From the NCBI RefSeq assembly GCF_964204645.1, contig NC_134028.1:12633263-12697262 (forward strand): a stretch of 64,000 nt of DNA, in the 5' to 3' direction. The position numbers and the translations under genes are program-made. Below, one piece after another: positions 1 through 13,700 of the stretch (within the stretch, counting starts at the first letter, position 1; each line of letters starts with the position of its first letter). A model generated the notes under the pieces. The model was not told the DNA's origin and searched no databases. It saw only the letters and a list, made by a program, of their open reading frames with translations. This stretch comes from Tubulanus polymorphus (Eukaryota > Animalia > Nemertea).

Positions 1-3000
1 ATCATCAAAATGTAAAGAAAATGTATTCATTCTGACATGTACATGTCGTTAGTGTGTGTGAACACCCCCTAAGAACAATTTTTTTTCATTGGAATGGTTG
101 CATGGTGTCTGATCATGGCAATAATATATCTGATCTAGTTAAATAAATGAAGAAAGGGCACTTATTTCTAGCGAAAACCCCATGAACTAAATGGTTTTTT
201 TAAAGCCCTTGGAATTGACTGGTGTACGCATGTCGGGGGACACTATTCTAGGCAATTAAACAAAATCATTGGTAAATCCTCTAGTGTGTCAGGGTCGAGC
301 AGATCTTAAAGGATAGGTCTTAAATAAAAAAATTGACCCAAATTTTTTTACTGACTTTGAAGGAACTTCAGGGGGTTAAGCACGACACAAGCCTGGTCGG
401 CACTTGAAGATCACCTTCGGCGATGAGTCGGTTGACTGGTGTCCAAGGATTCTGCCGGATTCGAACCTCTGTGCTGATGCTGACAGCGCGCATTTGTCAT
501 TATTATTTTGCTCTCGTGGCTAAGGGGATTTTAACTATCTTCAGCTCATTTAATCAAGGCACTTGGCGAATGAAAGTTAAGCTAGGCCTATATGCTATAT
601 GGACACACAACTAATCTTAAGACAAAATATACATTAACGCAATTTCTAAGAGGTAAAATAATGTAATGGAGGAGTTCCGTGGCAAACATTGCGACACTAT
701 GCCAATTATAGTAGTGTGTTAAAATAAAATTGTGTTAAAATGAATTGAAATATGTAATAAATTGCCCATGGGCAAAGTGAGGTCTACCTTGAAAGCTAGA
801 GGTTGTTTGGAATAAGGGCATTGTTTGAAAAATCTTTTTAATTAGTGACTTCAAAGTTCCACAAGTTTATATTGTAATTTATCTTTCTTAAAGAATTATT
901 TTGTAGTCAAATAAGACCAAAGATATACATTTGTTTACGATCCACGTCCAAAATTGTGTAGGGTACAGGTAGGCGCGGCGGGGAAACTATTTTATATTTT
1001 TTTTAAAATATGTTTCACAATATGAAAAAATATTCAAATAAGGCCATCCCAAAATAATCGTCTGTTTGCCGTAAACACCGACTCAACTTTTCAGGATGAG
1101 TCAGTAGGCAGGTAGAAATCTTTTTGGGCAAAATTTTTGGGCAAAAAAAAACAAATTTTTCAACTTTGGGCTTTTTTACATGGAAACAACATCGCAAAAA
1201 ATCCTCTTCGTTGTGCACAGGAAATTTGTATAAAAGCGTAGATTTCAAGAATTATTCTAAAATTATAACTTCGTCCATAGCGTCATCTCTGTGTTAAAAA
1301 TGAAACAGTACATTGAATATGATTCATATGATGTCACATATCAGAGGGTGACTGACTATTGGGTCTTGGAAACCTCTTCCAACGTTGGCCGCGGAAGCTG
1401 AAATACCGGTACAGAAGAAATCGGCTATTAGATCGTTTTGAATCCTGGAATTTACCACTACAATATTCAGACATCGACAGACTTATAGTTTGCTGCTTAG
1501 TATTTTCAGGTCACAAGAAATTACAATTTATTACAAATTCTATCGAACAGAAAACACAGCGCTCATCTTCTGCTACGATTATTCAGCCAATTTTCATGTC
1601 AAACGTGCATGCGTTACAGCATCACCCCTAGTAGTGTACTGTACGAGTTTGTGTGTGTGTCGTGTAGCACTCCACACGCACGTGGAGGCCTCGTGTAAGT
1701 GAATATTCGCTTACACCTCAATGTCAATCAAAACAATCACCGGGTATTAAAATTCAACAATACCTATGGCGGATGTGTGAAAAAATTACATCCTCACCAG
1801 CAATGAGCATTTGAAATTCGCACATATACAGCACCTAGTCCAATGAAACGTAGGCCATGCTATAGCCTTCCCATAATTATTTTAGTAGCGCCGGAATTCC
1901 CCGTATATCCCAAAAACAGCCAATCTCATCTGCATCTAGGCCTTGTGATCTGAACTGCGAAGATATCTTTCGATTATTTCTAGACCTATTGAGCATTGGA
2001 ATCTATTATGTCAAGAAATCCTTAAAGTTAGTTCTTGAGTGAGAAATAAGATCAAAATGTAAGCAATTTTTCTTTTTGTTAACACCGGGATAAATGCTCT
2101 TATCCCGGTGATAGTTATCACAGGGATAGCTTAACACCACTTTGAAAAACGCAGGCCAGTACGGTTTTGGCAGGCAAGGGATGAGAAATATCAAACGTAC
2201 CAATACGTATTTGGCAGACAATGAGTTATTTAACTGTGAGTGAACTTGGACGTTAACTCAATGACTACGTTTGCCGCTGCTAGCGGCTCGCCGGTAGATA
2301 CAGTTGCATACGCAAAGCTGCTGAGAGCGGCTTTCATGACGTCACAAATGTAAACACTGCCTACGTTTGAACTACACGTGATTTTAACCAATCAGAATGC
2401 AAGTAAACAATATTATCATAAATTATGTGAGGGAATTGCATGGAATCCTGTACGCAACGCGTCATACACACTATTGATCGAGGGAAGTACCAGAGGGGAA
2501 ACCCTTGTTAACCACTTATTTCTAAATTTCATGATTTAGTGAAATAGATTGCGTTCTTTTAAGTGTCGCAAAATTTGTCAAATTTCCGGTACAAACTAGT
2601 ACGGCATACCTGGATGTCAATCAAGAACTTTTAAAAACACCTGTGAAGGTTTCCTGATCCCCAGTCCCGCCCCTTTTCTGCGAGATCGCCTAGAAGATGG
2701 GCATCTCAAAACTACATTTTTCGAAATCCGCGATGAAGAGTACACGTGCACCTGTCAATCAACAATCTTAAGTTGGCTGGAGTCCAACTTCACCGCGCAT
2801 CAACATGAAATTTTCAACACAGTACAAGATGCTTATTAACTTTCCTCGAAAATTTAGTTCAAGTAGATCGGATGACAATCATTAAAATAATCAAGTTGAT
2901 AACTTTGGAAGTGGGAAAAAATGGCACTATGGCCGTGATATTTTGAATTTATTTGCAGTTCAAATCTAGCGCCATTCTCGCGAGATTATCAACAACCCAG

Positions 3001-3417
3001 AAATAAAATCCAAGCCCATCGCCAAACCCCTGTGGTTGCAGCAGGAATATCAAGTCCCTTAATGTTCTTTTATTTTTTCCTTAATTCTTATCATTCGGGA
3101 ACAACTTTAAATGCAATGGAGTTGAAATAAGACATCAAAATCAAAGAGTGTGTATAACGGTGAAAACTTGCAAACTGTCTCAATAGCTAAATACCTACAT
3201 CTACGTACAGTACGAAATTTACGTAGATACGTAAATCTACGTATTTCAATCGACCTGGTTACTGACTATTGCTACTTTAGACATTGTATTAACAGATTAT
3301 CGTTTTCACATTACCCACAACTCTGATACGAGCCCCTGGACCCTGTGCTCAAAATAAGCCGACCAGAGAGGATATAGGCCTACACGGTAAAATAGGTTTT
3401 TGTGGTGGACCGTAACT

Positions 3418-4907
3418 GCACAGGGGCTCGTATCAGAGTTGTAGGTCATGTAAAAACGATAATCTGTTAATCCAATGTATATAGTATAAAATAACAAGGT
3501 GGCTAACGACGCTCACAAACTACTTAACTTCAGTTGCTTACTATTTTGTTATTTCTCATCCGATTTTGATAATCCAGGCATGATATGAAAGCTAATAGCT
3601 TCCTGCTTCTAACGAAACTAATCCTGTTAACTTCCAATGAATAGTTCATGAATTATATGTCTTTGAACGCGAAATTATATGTCGCCTGGACCGAAAATGC
3701 TATGACGCCGGTTTTTGCCAAATTTCGAAATTTAAAACGTTGAGTTCGACACGAAATCCTTCACCAATTAAGATGGTCGAGGGCTTCAAATGCGCAAAAC
3801 ATTCTATATTTTCTAAATATTGCGGTTGTTTCGTTAATCCATATGATCTCCCAGCTTTGCAAAGCGAATTTTACGATTTTACGTCAATTCACAAACTCTA
3901 TGCGTGATCTCAAAATGGCGACTGTCATCTACCACAATGCTTAGCGCAATGCCGAACCAAATGAATTTTATTTCCAATTTATTTTCTGTGTATATTTACG
4001 TGAAATTCAGAATCTATTATAACCTGATCGTGTTTATTCTAGCTTTAATAAGATAAAACATCATTTGATTGAATTGTTACGAAATAAAATTCACTGCGGA
4101 CCTGTTGCTAGTTCAAGTTCAAGGTCGCCATCTTGAGATCGCGTGTAGTGTGTGTGAATTCGCGTTTGCAAAGCTGGAAGATCGTATGGATTAACGAAAC
4201 AACCGCAATATCCAGATAATATTGAATGTTTTGCGCATTTGAAGCCCTCGATCATCAAAATCGGTGAACGATTTCGTGTTGAACTCAACGTTTTAAATTT
4301 CGAAATCGGCAATAAAACCGGCGTCATAGCATTTTCAATCCAGGCGATTTTGGCCCTAATTTCGCGTTCAAAGACATATAATTCAAGTTCAAGGTCACCA
4401 TCTTGAGATCGCGTGTAGCGTGTGTGAATTGACGTAAAATTCGCGTTTGCAAAGCTGGAAGATCGTATGGATTAACGAAACAACCACAATATCCAGAAAA
4501 TATTGAATATTTTGCGCATTTGAAGCCCTCGATCATCAAAATCGGTGAACGATTTCGTGTTGAACTCAAAGTTTTAAATTTCGAAATCGGCAATAAAACT
4601 GACGTCATAGCATTTTCGGTCCAGGCAATTTCGGCCCTAATTTCGCGTTCAAAGACATATAATTCACGAACTACTGATTGGAAGTTAACTGAATTAGTTT
4701 CGTTAGAAGCAGGAAGCTATTAGTTTTCATAGGCCTATCATGCCTGGATTATCAAAATCGGATGAGAAATAACGAAATAGTAAGCGACTGAAGTTGAGAA
4801 GTTTGTGAGCATCGTTAGCCCCTTTGTTATTTTATATATACTTTATACATTGGATTAACAGCTTATCGTTTTTACATGACCTACAACTCTGATACGAGCC
4901 CTTGTGC
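3418..4907. mobile_element. Non-autonomous fold-back DNA transposon with long (~500 bp) TIRs and an internal ~270-bp tandem duplication
   Basis: 3418-~3920 (GCACAGGGGCTCGTATCAGAGTTG...) is the reverse complement of ~4400-4907; direct flank GTAACT at 3412-3417 and 4908-4913; ORFs 4091-4327 and 4324-4608 are near-identical, showing the duplication; a further end fragment lies at ~3290-3348. Confidence 0.75.
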
Positions 4908-5027
4908 GTAACTAACTTATTGTATGTGTTAGGCCTACTAGTATCCTGAACTTACTACGGATCATAGCGCCGCAGAAGTGAACTGCATTGCATAACCATA
5001 GTGAAAAGCCAAAGTAAGTATACACTA

Positions 5028-7045
5028 ATGTCTATTTATTAATTGATGAGACCTGTTTTTCTTGGATATTTTGCTTACTTTTTGGGGTACATACCTCATT
5101 TATGTCTTAACAGAATGCCAAAAATCGCGGACAACAACTGAATATCCGATATATTTCCAGTTCTGTACCAATTAGATGGATTGGCAAAAAGACTCCTTAA
5201 GTCCAGTTGAATGAGAGAAAATCCTCCATTTTGTCAAATTTCTTGGATTTGAACATTGTTACCATGCCTACGCCACCCTGATTTAGTTGTTGAGACCCCA
5301 CAAGAAAAATAACTTCATTTCGTAGGCATGGTGACAATGTAAAAATTCAAGAAATTTCACAAAATGGAGGATTTTCTCTCTCATTCAACTGGACTTAAGG
5401 AGTCTTTTTGCCAATCTATCCAATTGGTACAGAACTGGAAATATATCGGATATTCAGTTGTTGTCCGCGATTTTTGGCATTCTGTTAACAGTCAGGAACA
5501 CTTTCCAAAAACGGCTTATTCTGCCAATTTCGGCGTTTTCCGCCAATTACGGCAGAATCAGCCGTTTATGGATCACTCAGTTTTGAAACTTTCACAGTCG
5601 TTTATGGCTTAATCAGCCAGTTTCAGCTCACTAAGTTTCGAGTTTTGCTTTAAAGTTTTTTGCGCACTTCCGGTTCAATTAGCGCATGTTGCCGATGACG
5701 TCATAATCTCGAGCAGACGATAAGCTTTCATATGACGCTAGGATGGAAATTTTTGAGCTAGGTAAAGTGGTCAAATTTACGTTTTTCTAAATGATTACGT
5801 CATATGAAGCCCAAAAACTCCGGGATAACTCTCAAAACTACTACAGCATGAAACAAGTTTATTAATCATGATTTTTGTTAAAAATAAATTTGGGAACTAG
5901 TTTTAAAAACTATTATAAAGTTTTCAAGTAAACGTTGCCATGGGTACACATAAAAACATTCGCCATCTCTGGCGTATTCCGCCGTTTTTGGCGTAGTTAG
6001 TTTTATAATCATAAACTATTAAGCCATTATTGGCAGTCCAGTTGTTATATATGAGGATTCCCCCACCCACTTAGACGTTTCCCCTAGTGTCTACACGGTA
6101 CTTTTTTCGGAATAAAATAATTAATTTGCTGAGGTGAACGGATGTGTTAATATTATGTTAAAAATAAAATTATTATTATTATAATTATCATTCTCATAAG
6201 ACAAATCAATCATGGATGTATAAACTAGTGCATCAAAAATCTAGTTTTAAGTTTTGCCCATGGACTTATCTTGCCTAATAAAGCATAGAATGGTTGAGGG
6301 ATATATTGGACTGCATATGATGTTGGTTAATTGAAGGTAATTAACATCTTCGATGCCTCCAAGCTAATTGATGGATTCTTGTGATGGATAGTGATTGAAT
6401 GAATTGGTGGCCGATGACGTTACAACTCAAAATCGATACAGCTGTATCTAGACTCATTTCAAAATACAACAAACATTTTCGAAAAAATTTGGGATACATG
6501 TATGTATATATTTATTTCATAGAATACAGGTATACAGAAAGAAAAGAATTCAAATACATTTGCCATCGGAAACCCATACATTTATATTTAATTCTTTCTT
6601 GAAGCCTGGAACGGATCAATGAGATTAATTTTTCGGCGCAAATATACAAATGTATGCCAGCAGAAAAGCGATGATGTCATAATAGGGACTCCCATCGAAC
6701 TAAGCATTATAAATAGCACCTGTAAAACTATCTAAGCTAAAAACGCCATTTCTGGCGATGTATCATGTAGTTTTAAAAACTGTAACAGCTGAAAACGGCG
6801 TTTTTTAAGAACAAGCCAAAAATGGCAGAAAACGCCGATTTCGGCTAAATTGGCAGAAGCAGTTTAAAACTGAGTAATCCATAAATGGCTGATTCTGCCG
6901 TTATTGGCGGAAAACGCCGAAATTGGCAGAATAAGCCGTTTTTGGAAAGTGTTCCTGACTGGTTAAGACATAAATGAGGTATGTACCCCAAAAAGTAAGC
7001 AAAATATCCAAGAAAAACAGGTCTCATCAATTAATAAATAGACAT
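5028..7045. mobile_element. Sailor/ITm-related MITE (long TIRs) interrupted by a TTAA insertion
   Basis: Ends ATGTCTATTTATTAATTGATGAGACCTG / reverse complement, flanked by c-TA and TA-g; 5111-5275 inverted to 5321-5488; TIR is homologous to the TIR of the large element at 7714/37452. Confidence 0.75.
5489..6962. mobile_element. Non-autonomous TTAA-specific (piggyBac-like) element
   Basis: ~100-bp TIRs (C)CAGTCAGGAACACTTTCCAAAAACGGC...; TTAA at 5485-5488 and 6963-6966; removing it restores the right TIR of the host MITE. Confidence 0.7.
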
Positions 7046-7864
7046 TAGACTAATTAGGCGGCCTACCGTAGACAATGAAATATTCTATTTCATAAAAACA
7101 ATCGGCTACATTTAATATTGACTAGGATACACTTTCATCACCAAAGTCCAATGCTCCATCGATTCAGGATCAATTCAATGCATTTGGAAATCGGCGCTGA
7201 TTGCGCATGCGTATAAAATCAACTTCCCTTCTCCGTTAAAGGGTAGCTCCGAGATTATCCAAAACAGGTCGGGTCTGTCTAAAGAACATACCTCTAAACG
7301 CCAAGTCCACGATTACTCAAAAGAAACGGCCCGATGCTAATTTTGAATTAGTAACTAATATATATTTTATTTTGCAGTATTAACCGCCTGAAATCCGATG
7401 CATATAATTGTAGCGGATTTGGGTAGTAGCGTGGTCCAAACCCGTGGGCGTCCGCTACGGGGTCCGTCCCGGGTCACCTTACTTCGGGGAGTGAAGTAAA
7501 GAAGGAGCTGCCCTAAACTGCAGCTTCCCCGGGAAAAGGATTCATTCGTCAAAAATACTGAAAGTCGAGGATTTTCTGTTGTAAAAAAGGTTTGTCAACT
7601 GTTGTTGCTCCTGCTTTCCCAATGACTCCAGGTTATCTGGCCAGAATAACCACCCCAGCCCCACCTCTTGATGGACCGCTTTCGGAGGATTTCACCATAA
7701 AAATATCCATCTAAAGTCTATTTATTAATGTATGAGACCTGTTTTTTCGCGATATCTTGCTTAGTATTTGTAGTACATACCTCATTTAGGTCTTATCGTG
7801 ACCACAAAAGTCGCGGACGACATATGAATATCCGATATTTTATCCGTTTATCACCGCTTAGAAG

Positions 7865-9349
7865 TGTAGCGGCACGGGGTCGACAGTATATACGGCATTA
7901 AATCTTGGTAGCGAGAGCAGGTAAGTCCAGAATAGGTCCGCTACAGGTGGGTACGCCTAGATCGATTCTGCCCCTGGAGAGGACAGAATAAGGGGTCAAT
8001 GACCGCCCTAGGACAATCGTCGAAAAATACTATGCGATTTGCTAACTCGTGAGATTCGATTCGGTTTCCCCGCCTAAACATAACTCTGACCAGTACAGTC
8101 GGTCGAATTTCTCAAGAACCACAGCCGGAAGTCACCACTTTCGTTACGTCGGCCATTCGTAATCGAATCGACTCCGACCGTAAATTCGAGAGAAACTAAA
8201 AATAGGCGATCGGTTTCTTCGACTATAAAATTCAAGTGCAGTCTGAATTTTATTCCGGTTTCCATAAGCTCTACCGAATCCCACTGAATCTCGCGACAGT
8301 CATAGGCAAATAAGGCAATCGCATTACTAGAATATCATGCTCGAATATATATATACTCCGAAAAATCGAACGCATAATCAAAAGAAGTAACAATTCATAG
8401 TTAAAAATGACATGTATGAATATTTATTGATTTATTCAGGGCGAGAATCGTGGCGAAATGAACAGGCTATTAGGACTTGACTAGGCCTCGGACCTCCGAG
8501 TGATCTCGGGTCGAGAGGCGGCAAGGGCGAGTATCCGACTTCGAGAGAAACCCGCGTTGTCAAGACAACGCAGATTACCCGAGTCATGATTCGAGAGAAT
8601 TCGCTCGAAGTTCAGGCGATGAAAGTCTTCGAGCGAGAAAAGGTAGAGACTAATAATCGAGGCGAGTCCACTCGAAGTCGAATAAACGTAATTCATACGG
8701 GATAAAAGGCTATGATGTTCTTCCATTGCAGTGATCCTTGGTCGGATTCTCCTTTGATTTCGGGTTCAGACGAAGTATTCGAGCGGGGCAGGAGCCCTGT
8801 CCTAGGGACGTGGTTTGAAATGACTTATCGCATCATTCCGGGGTCAATACAGACCTGAATAAGGCAATTAGACTGTGCGTCTGGCGATTTTTAAGAGATC
8901 GATTATTCAGCGAGCGATTACAACCTCTGTCGACGTGTCTCAAACACGGAATGTCAGAAATGCGGTTCTGACCGCTCTTAAATAGGCCGCCTTCTACGCT
9001 GATTGGCTAATAGCCAAATTACTGCGCGATAAAAAATGCCGGCGCACGCGGCTTTGGGTAGGCGTACATGACTGGAATTTTTGATGAACTATCTCGAAAT
9101 CAATCCTCGTTTGGATATTTGCTATTAAAAGAGCAGAAACCCTTCACGGAAAAGACTTGGCAATATCCCAGGTAAAAGGAACTATTCCGTAAAACGGCCG
9201 TCTACATGAGGTGATACGGCACTTCCGGATTTCAGCGATTTTGAATAGTGCGGCTCTGAATTGGCGAGTTTTCCTCAAAAGACGGATATAATGCTATCGC
9301 GGACTGGTCATCAGGTCTGAAGGTTGGTTCCATGGTCAATCTCGCCACA
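7865..9349 (-). repeat. 3' LTR
   Basis: Direct repeat of 15809-17294; TGTAGCGG...CGCCACA. Confidence 0.95.
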
Positions 9350-9350
9350 A

Positions 9351-9363
9351 TACACCCACCCCA
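9351..9363 (-). other. Polypurine tract (PPT)
   Basis: Minus-strand GGGGTGGGTGTA immediately before the 3' LTR. Confidence 0.6.
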
Positions 9364-9626
9364 GACTCTTGTATGTCCTCATACAAGGAAGCATAACGCA
9401 GTCGTACCGGAAGAATAGACACGGAAAATCGAATATTTCTGTGAATGCGAGAAACTGGTGACGGTGTCTTCGACCAAAAGATATTACTACATACAATGTA
9501 TATAATAATAACATTCAATAAACTATATTCTGTATAATAATAAAACATCTAAAACATCTTAATCACTTCTTTGTACAGATTGCACTATCATTTAAATTTA
9601 ATGGTGTTCGCGAGGCGGCGGACGAA

Positions 9627-10703
9627 TTACTGATTTTTAAGTAGAGCGCAGAGTTTAAGTTGATAAAATTCACAGTAGACACACTGGTACTCTGAGCCTG
9701 CGTAGCCGAACAAGGTCATATCGCCGTGTCGATGCAATTCTTTCCACGGTCGTTCTTCTGTTATCTTTCGATCTTCTTTGGTTTGCGTCGAACCGTCTCT
9801 CATATCGTTGTTTTGTTTAATCAGGGTAGAACTGACTTTTCTAAGCGGCATTGTCGGCATTGCATTGTTGGTGAAGGCACATGATTCGATTGATAATTCG
9901 GATTCTGTTGCACTCGATGATGATCCGTTGGTCTCCGGTAGCTTTACACACGGAATGATCGGTTTCTCCGCGGCGAATGATTTCAACTCGGGCACACACG
10001 GTGACTCAATATCGGCTTCGAGCAGCGGTTCGGTTGTTTGGTTGTCTTCTATTTTTGACGCAGCAGACGTTTTTCTTTTAACGGAAATTATCCGCGCGGA
10101 ACCATCCGGACGCGTCACTGTCGTTTTAGACAGTAACTGCAGCGGGCTTGGAGGCATTTCTTTCCTAATTTCCTCTAAAATTCTATGGAGATCGTCGTTC
10201 GTTGGAAATGAAGTTGTTTTATAATGTGGACTCTCTGGCGTCGGTATTTCCTTGGTAATTGTGGGAGTTGCGAGTGGGTTTTCTTCCTTAATTACTGTCT
10301 GTGTCTTCTGCCTTTTGCCGGTTGGAACCTTGTTCTCTTTTCCCGATTTCCTTTTAGTTGGATGAAGGATCGGGGTCTCTGGGCGACTTAAGCACTGGAT
10401 CTCCGGAGGGTCAAATTCAAATTCATCATCGTCGTCTATCGCGACGAGTTTCACTTTTTCGATGATGGATCTGGTATCTTCCGAATGTCTTCTGTGCGTT
10501 TTTCTAGCATGTTGTCGAATCAGGTCTCGACGTCCGTTCTTGTAACTGCAGAGTTTGCATCGATATTCATATCCCTGATGCGGCTTACTCTGACATCTTA
10601 AATCGTGCGACTCGAGGTTCCTCATCGACGCGAAATCTTTCTTGCAGTGGACACATAAAAATGGCGTTGTCCCGTGCATCCTGAAATGTATAATCATTTT
10701 CAA
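9627..10703 (-). CDS. Gypsy ORF3: C2H2 zinc-finger protein with a low-complexity P/S/T/E-rich body
   Basis: 358-aa open ORF; CxxC-x12-H-x3-C and CxxC-x12-H-x4-H fingers at the N-terminus; no signal peptide or TM segment, so not env. Confidence 0.8.
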   Translation of the reverse strand: MKMIIHFRMHGTTPFLCVHCKKDFASMRNLESHDLRCQSKPHQGYEYRCKLCSYKNGRRDLIRQHARKTHRRHSEDTRSIIEKVKLVAIDDDDEFEFDPPEIQCLSRPETPILHPTKRKSGKENKVPTGKRQKTQTVIKEENPLATPTITKEIPTPESPHYKTTSFPTNDDLHRILEEIRKEMPPSPLQLLSKTTVTRPDGSARIISVKRKTSAASKIEDNQTTEPLLEADIESPCVPELKSFAAEKPIIPCVKLPETNGSSSSATESELSIESCAFTNNAMPTMPLRKVSSTLIKQNNDMRDGSTQTKEDRKITEERPWKELHRHGDMTLFGYAGSEYQCVYCEFYQLKLCALLKNQ

Positions 10704-10705
10704 AG

Positions 10706-13700
10706 TTACAGAGCGAGTAGCCGTGGTGGTATAACTCTTCTCCCCGACCTGGTGTAAGTGGGTGGATCTGGACTGGGTTTCCGGAAGGTCAATTCAGCGA
10801 ATTGCGGTCTTGTTTCATTTTCTTGCTTGTATAATTTAAGTCGGTCGAAATGCACTCGTTTAATTTTCTCATTTTTGTGTATCTCATACACCACGTCATT
10901 CACTTTACGTTTGACTGTCCAGGGACCTTCCCATGGATGGTATAACTTTGGTGACATTCCCCGAGGGCAAGCGGGGTTATGAAGCCAGACTAATGCTCCG
11001 ACAGAAAATGCGACTCCGGAGGCTTTAGTATCGTAGTTACGCTTCATTCTCCGAGTCCGAACAGTAGAATTGTGTCTTGCCAAATCGTGCGCTGCACGAA
11101 TACGCTCTCTTAGTTCTACGGTGAACATATTTAAGCTACGAGAGCTTTCGTGAGGCGGGCCTTCATACATTAAGTCGATGGGTAGGCGAATCTCATGCCC
11201 GAACATCAGATAGTTCGGGGTGAATTTAGTCGAATCATGAACGGCCGATCGATAGGCCATAGCGATGAACGGCAATTGTTCGTCCTAGTCAGAGTGATTT
11301 TGATTCACGAACATTGACAAGCTATTAATTAGTGTCTTGTTCATTCGTTCGATCATGCCGTCGGATTGAGGTCTATAAGGGCAAGTTCTCGTCTTCTTAA
11401 TTTCGAGAATCTTACATACCTCAGCCATGAGCTTAGACTCGAAGTTTGCCCCTTGATCGGTGTGCAATTCGAGGGGACACCCTAACTTACAGACGAAATG
11501 CTTTACGAACGCATCGGCGACAGTGAGCGCCTCTTGGTTCGGTATCGGAACGAATTCGACGTATTTAGTGAAATAATCACCGATAACTAAAATATATGAA
11601 TTACCATTATCGGTCTCAGGTAATGGTCCTAATATGTCCATGGCGACTCTTTCGAGAGGTACACCTGAACTTGAGGGTCGTAGTTCAGCCCTAGTTTTTC
11701 GAGCTGGACTCTTTCGCGTTTGACATTCGCGGCAAGTGACGCACCAATCACGCACATCTCTGGCTATGTTATTCCAGTAGAATCTATCGTGAATCTTATA
11801 CAATGTTTTCTTGATACCGAAATGACCAGCTGTTTTTGTCGCGTGAAGTTGGTCGAATACATTTCGGTGGTACGGTTTTGGTAATAACAAGAGCGTCGAC
11901 GTAGGCAAACCCGAACGCTCTTTTCTAATATATAGAACACCGTTGATAAGATGGAGTTTATCCCATCTAGCCCAAAGGAACTTTGTGGCTGAATTCTGCC
12001 CTGATACATTCTCCCAATTCGGCTTATCGTTACTCGGATTGAAATGGCGTATGATCCACTCGAGGTCGGTGTCACGTTTTTGGGCTTGAGCAATAGAAGC
12101 GTCGTTCCAGTCTTCGCACGGCGAGAACTTTATGTGACATGCGCGTGCGATTTCAACCGCACCGGTCGCATTATATCGTCGTTCAGCCCTTTGACACTGC
12201 GAACATGACCGCCTCGACATTCCATCTGCGTTCGAATGTAAGCGCCCCGGTCGATGTTCAATACGAAATGCGAAACCTCCGAGTGTAGTTAACCAACGGG
12301 CTAGTTGACCCTCTGGCTCTTTGAAAGACATAAGCCACCGGAGTGATCCATGATCAGTTCGGAGGAGGAATTCTCGTCCTCCGAGATAGTGTTTAAAAGC
12401 CTTGATGAAGTGTACCACGGCAAGTAACTCGCGTTTCGTGACGCAATAGTTTCTTTGAGCTTTTGAGAGAGCCTTACTAGCATACATGATTACGTGCTCT
12501 TTGTTATCGCCGTGTACTTGCGATAATACTGCACCGATGGATTCGTTACTCGCATCGGTATCGAGAATGAATGAGAGTTTTGGGTCAGGATACGCGAGAA
12601 TCGGAGCAGACACGAGCAGTCGCTTCAGAGCTTCGAAGGCGATCTGACAGTCGTTGTTCCATAAAAACTTCTTGCCTTTTTCGGTGAGTTTCTGAATTGG
12701 TCGGGCAATTTCAGCGTAACCTTTGACGAACGATCGATAATAGGATGAAAATCCTAGGAATGACCTAGCTTCTTTGACACAGCCGGGAACCTTCCAACTA
12801 ATGACTGCTTCGATCTTACTCGGATCGCATTTAATACCCTCTCCGGACACCAGGTGTCCTAAGAATGCAACCGAGGTCTGAAAGAAGTGGCATTTCCTAG
12901 CTTTCAGTTTGAGACCGGATTCTCGAAATCTCTGTAGGACCATTCTAAGATTTTTGATTGTATCATCTAAATCGGATCCGAACACAATAACGTCGTCAAG
13001 GTAGATTAGACAGGCTTCGAATTGAAGGCCGTTCAATACTCGTTCCATGAGACGCTGGAACGTGGCTCCGGCGTTCTTGAGTCCGAAAGGCATTTTGACG
13101 AACTGGTATAACCCGTTATTCGGTATGGCGAAAGCCGTACGTTCTTTCGATTTCTCGTCCAACTTTATCTGCCAATAACCGCTAGCCATGTCTGCGGTGC
13201 AGAAATAGCGGGTACCAGTGAGCGAGCGCAGAGAATCATCGATGCGAGGAAGTGGAAAGGCGTCGATAGGACAGAGGCTATTGACTTTTCGTAGATCGAC
13301 GCAGAACCTCTGACTGCCGTCTTTCTTGGTAACAAGTACGACTTGTGATACCCAACTCGAACTAGAAGGTTCTATAATACCTTTTTCGAGCATCTCTTTA
13401 ACTTGTTTATTTGCCTCGATTTGCTTGTCGTACGCCATTCTTCGGGGTCGATCACGGACCGGGGGTGACTCTCCAGTATTGACTACATGCTCTACCCCAG
13501 CGGCGGTACCGAGGTCGTAATCCGACTTCGCGAATACGTCCGCGAATTCACAAATCACGGCCTCGATTTTTCTTTGTTCGTCGGGTTCGAATCCCTTAGT
13601 ACTTCTTTCGATCAGGTCTTTGACATGGTCTGGGATTTCGGGTTTACTAGAGTGGTCTGGCGACCGACTATTCGTGACGTTATTCACTCGGAGTCCGTTA

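Noticed and set aside
1-3290. Short ORFs and possible old transposon debris
   Set aside because: No motif, boundary or TSD that I can support
8074-8726. ORFs duplicated at 16018-16670
   Set aside because: Short frames duplicated only because they lie in the LTRs; no recognisable domain
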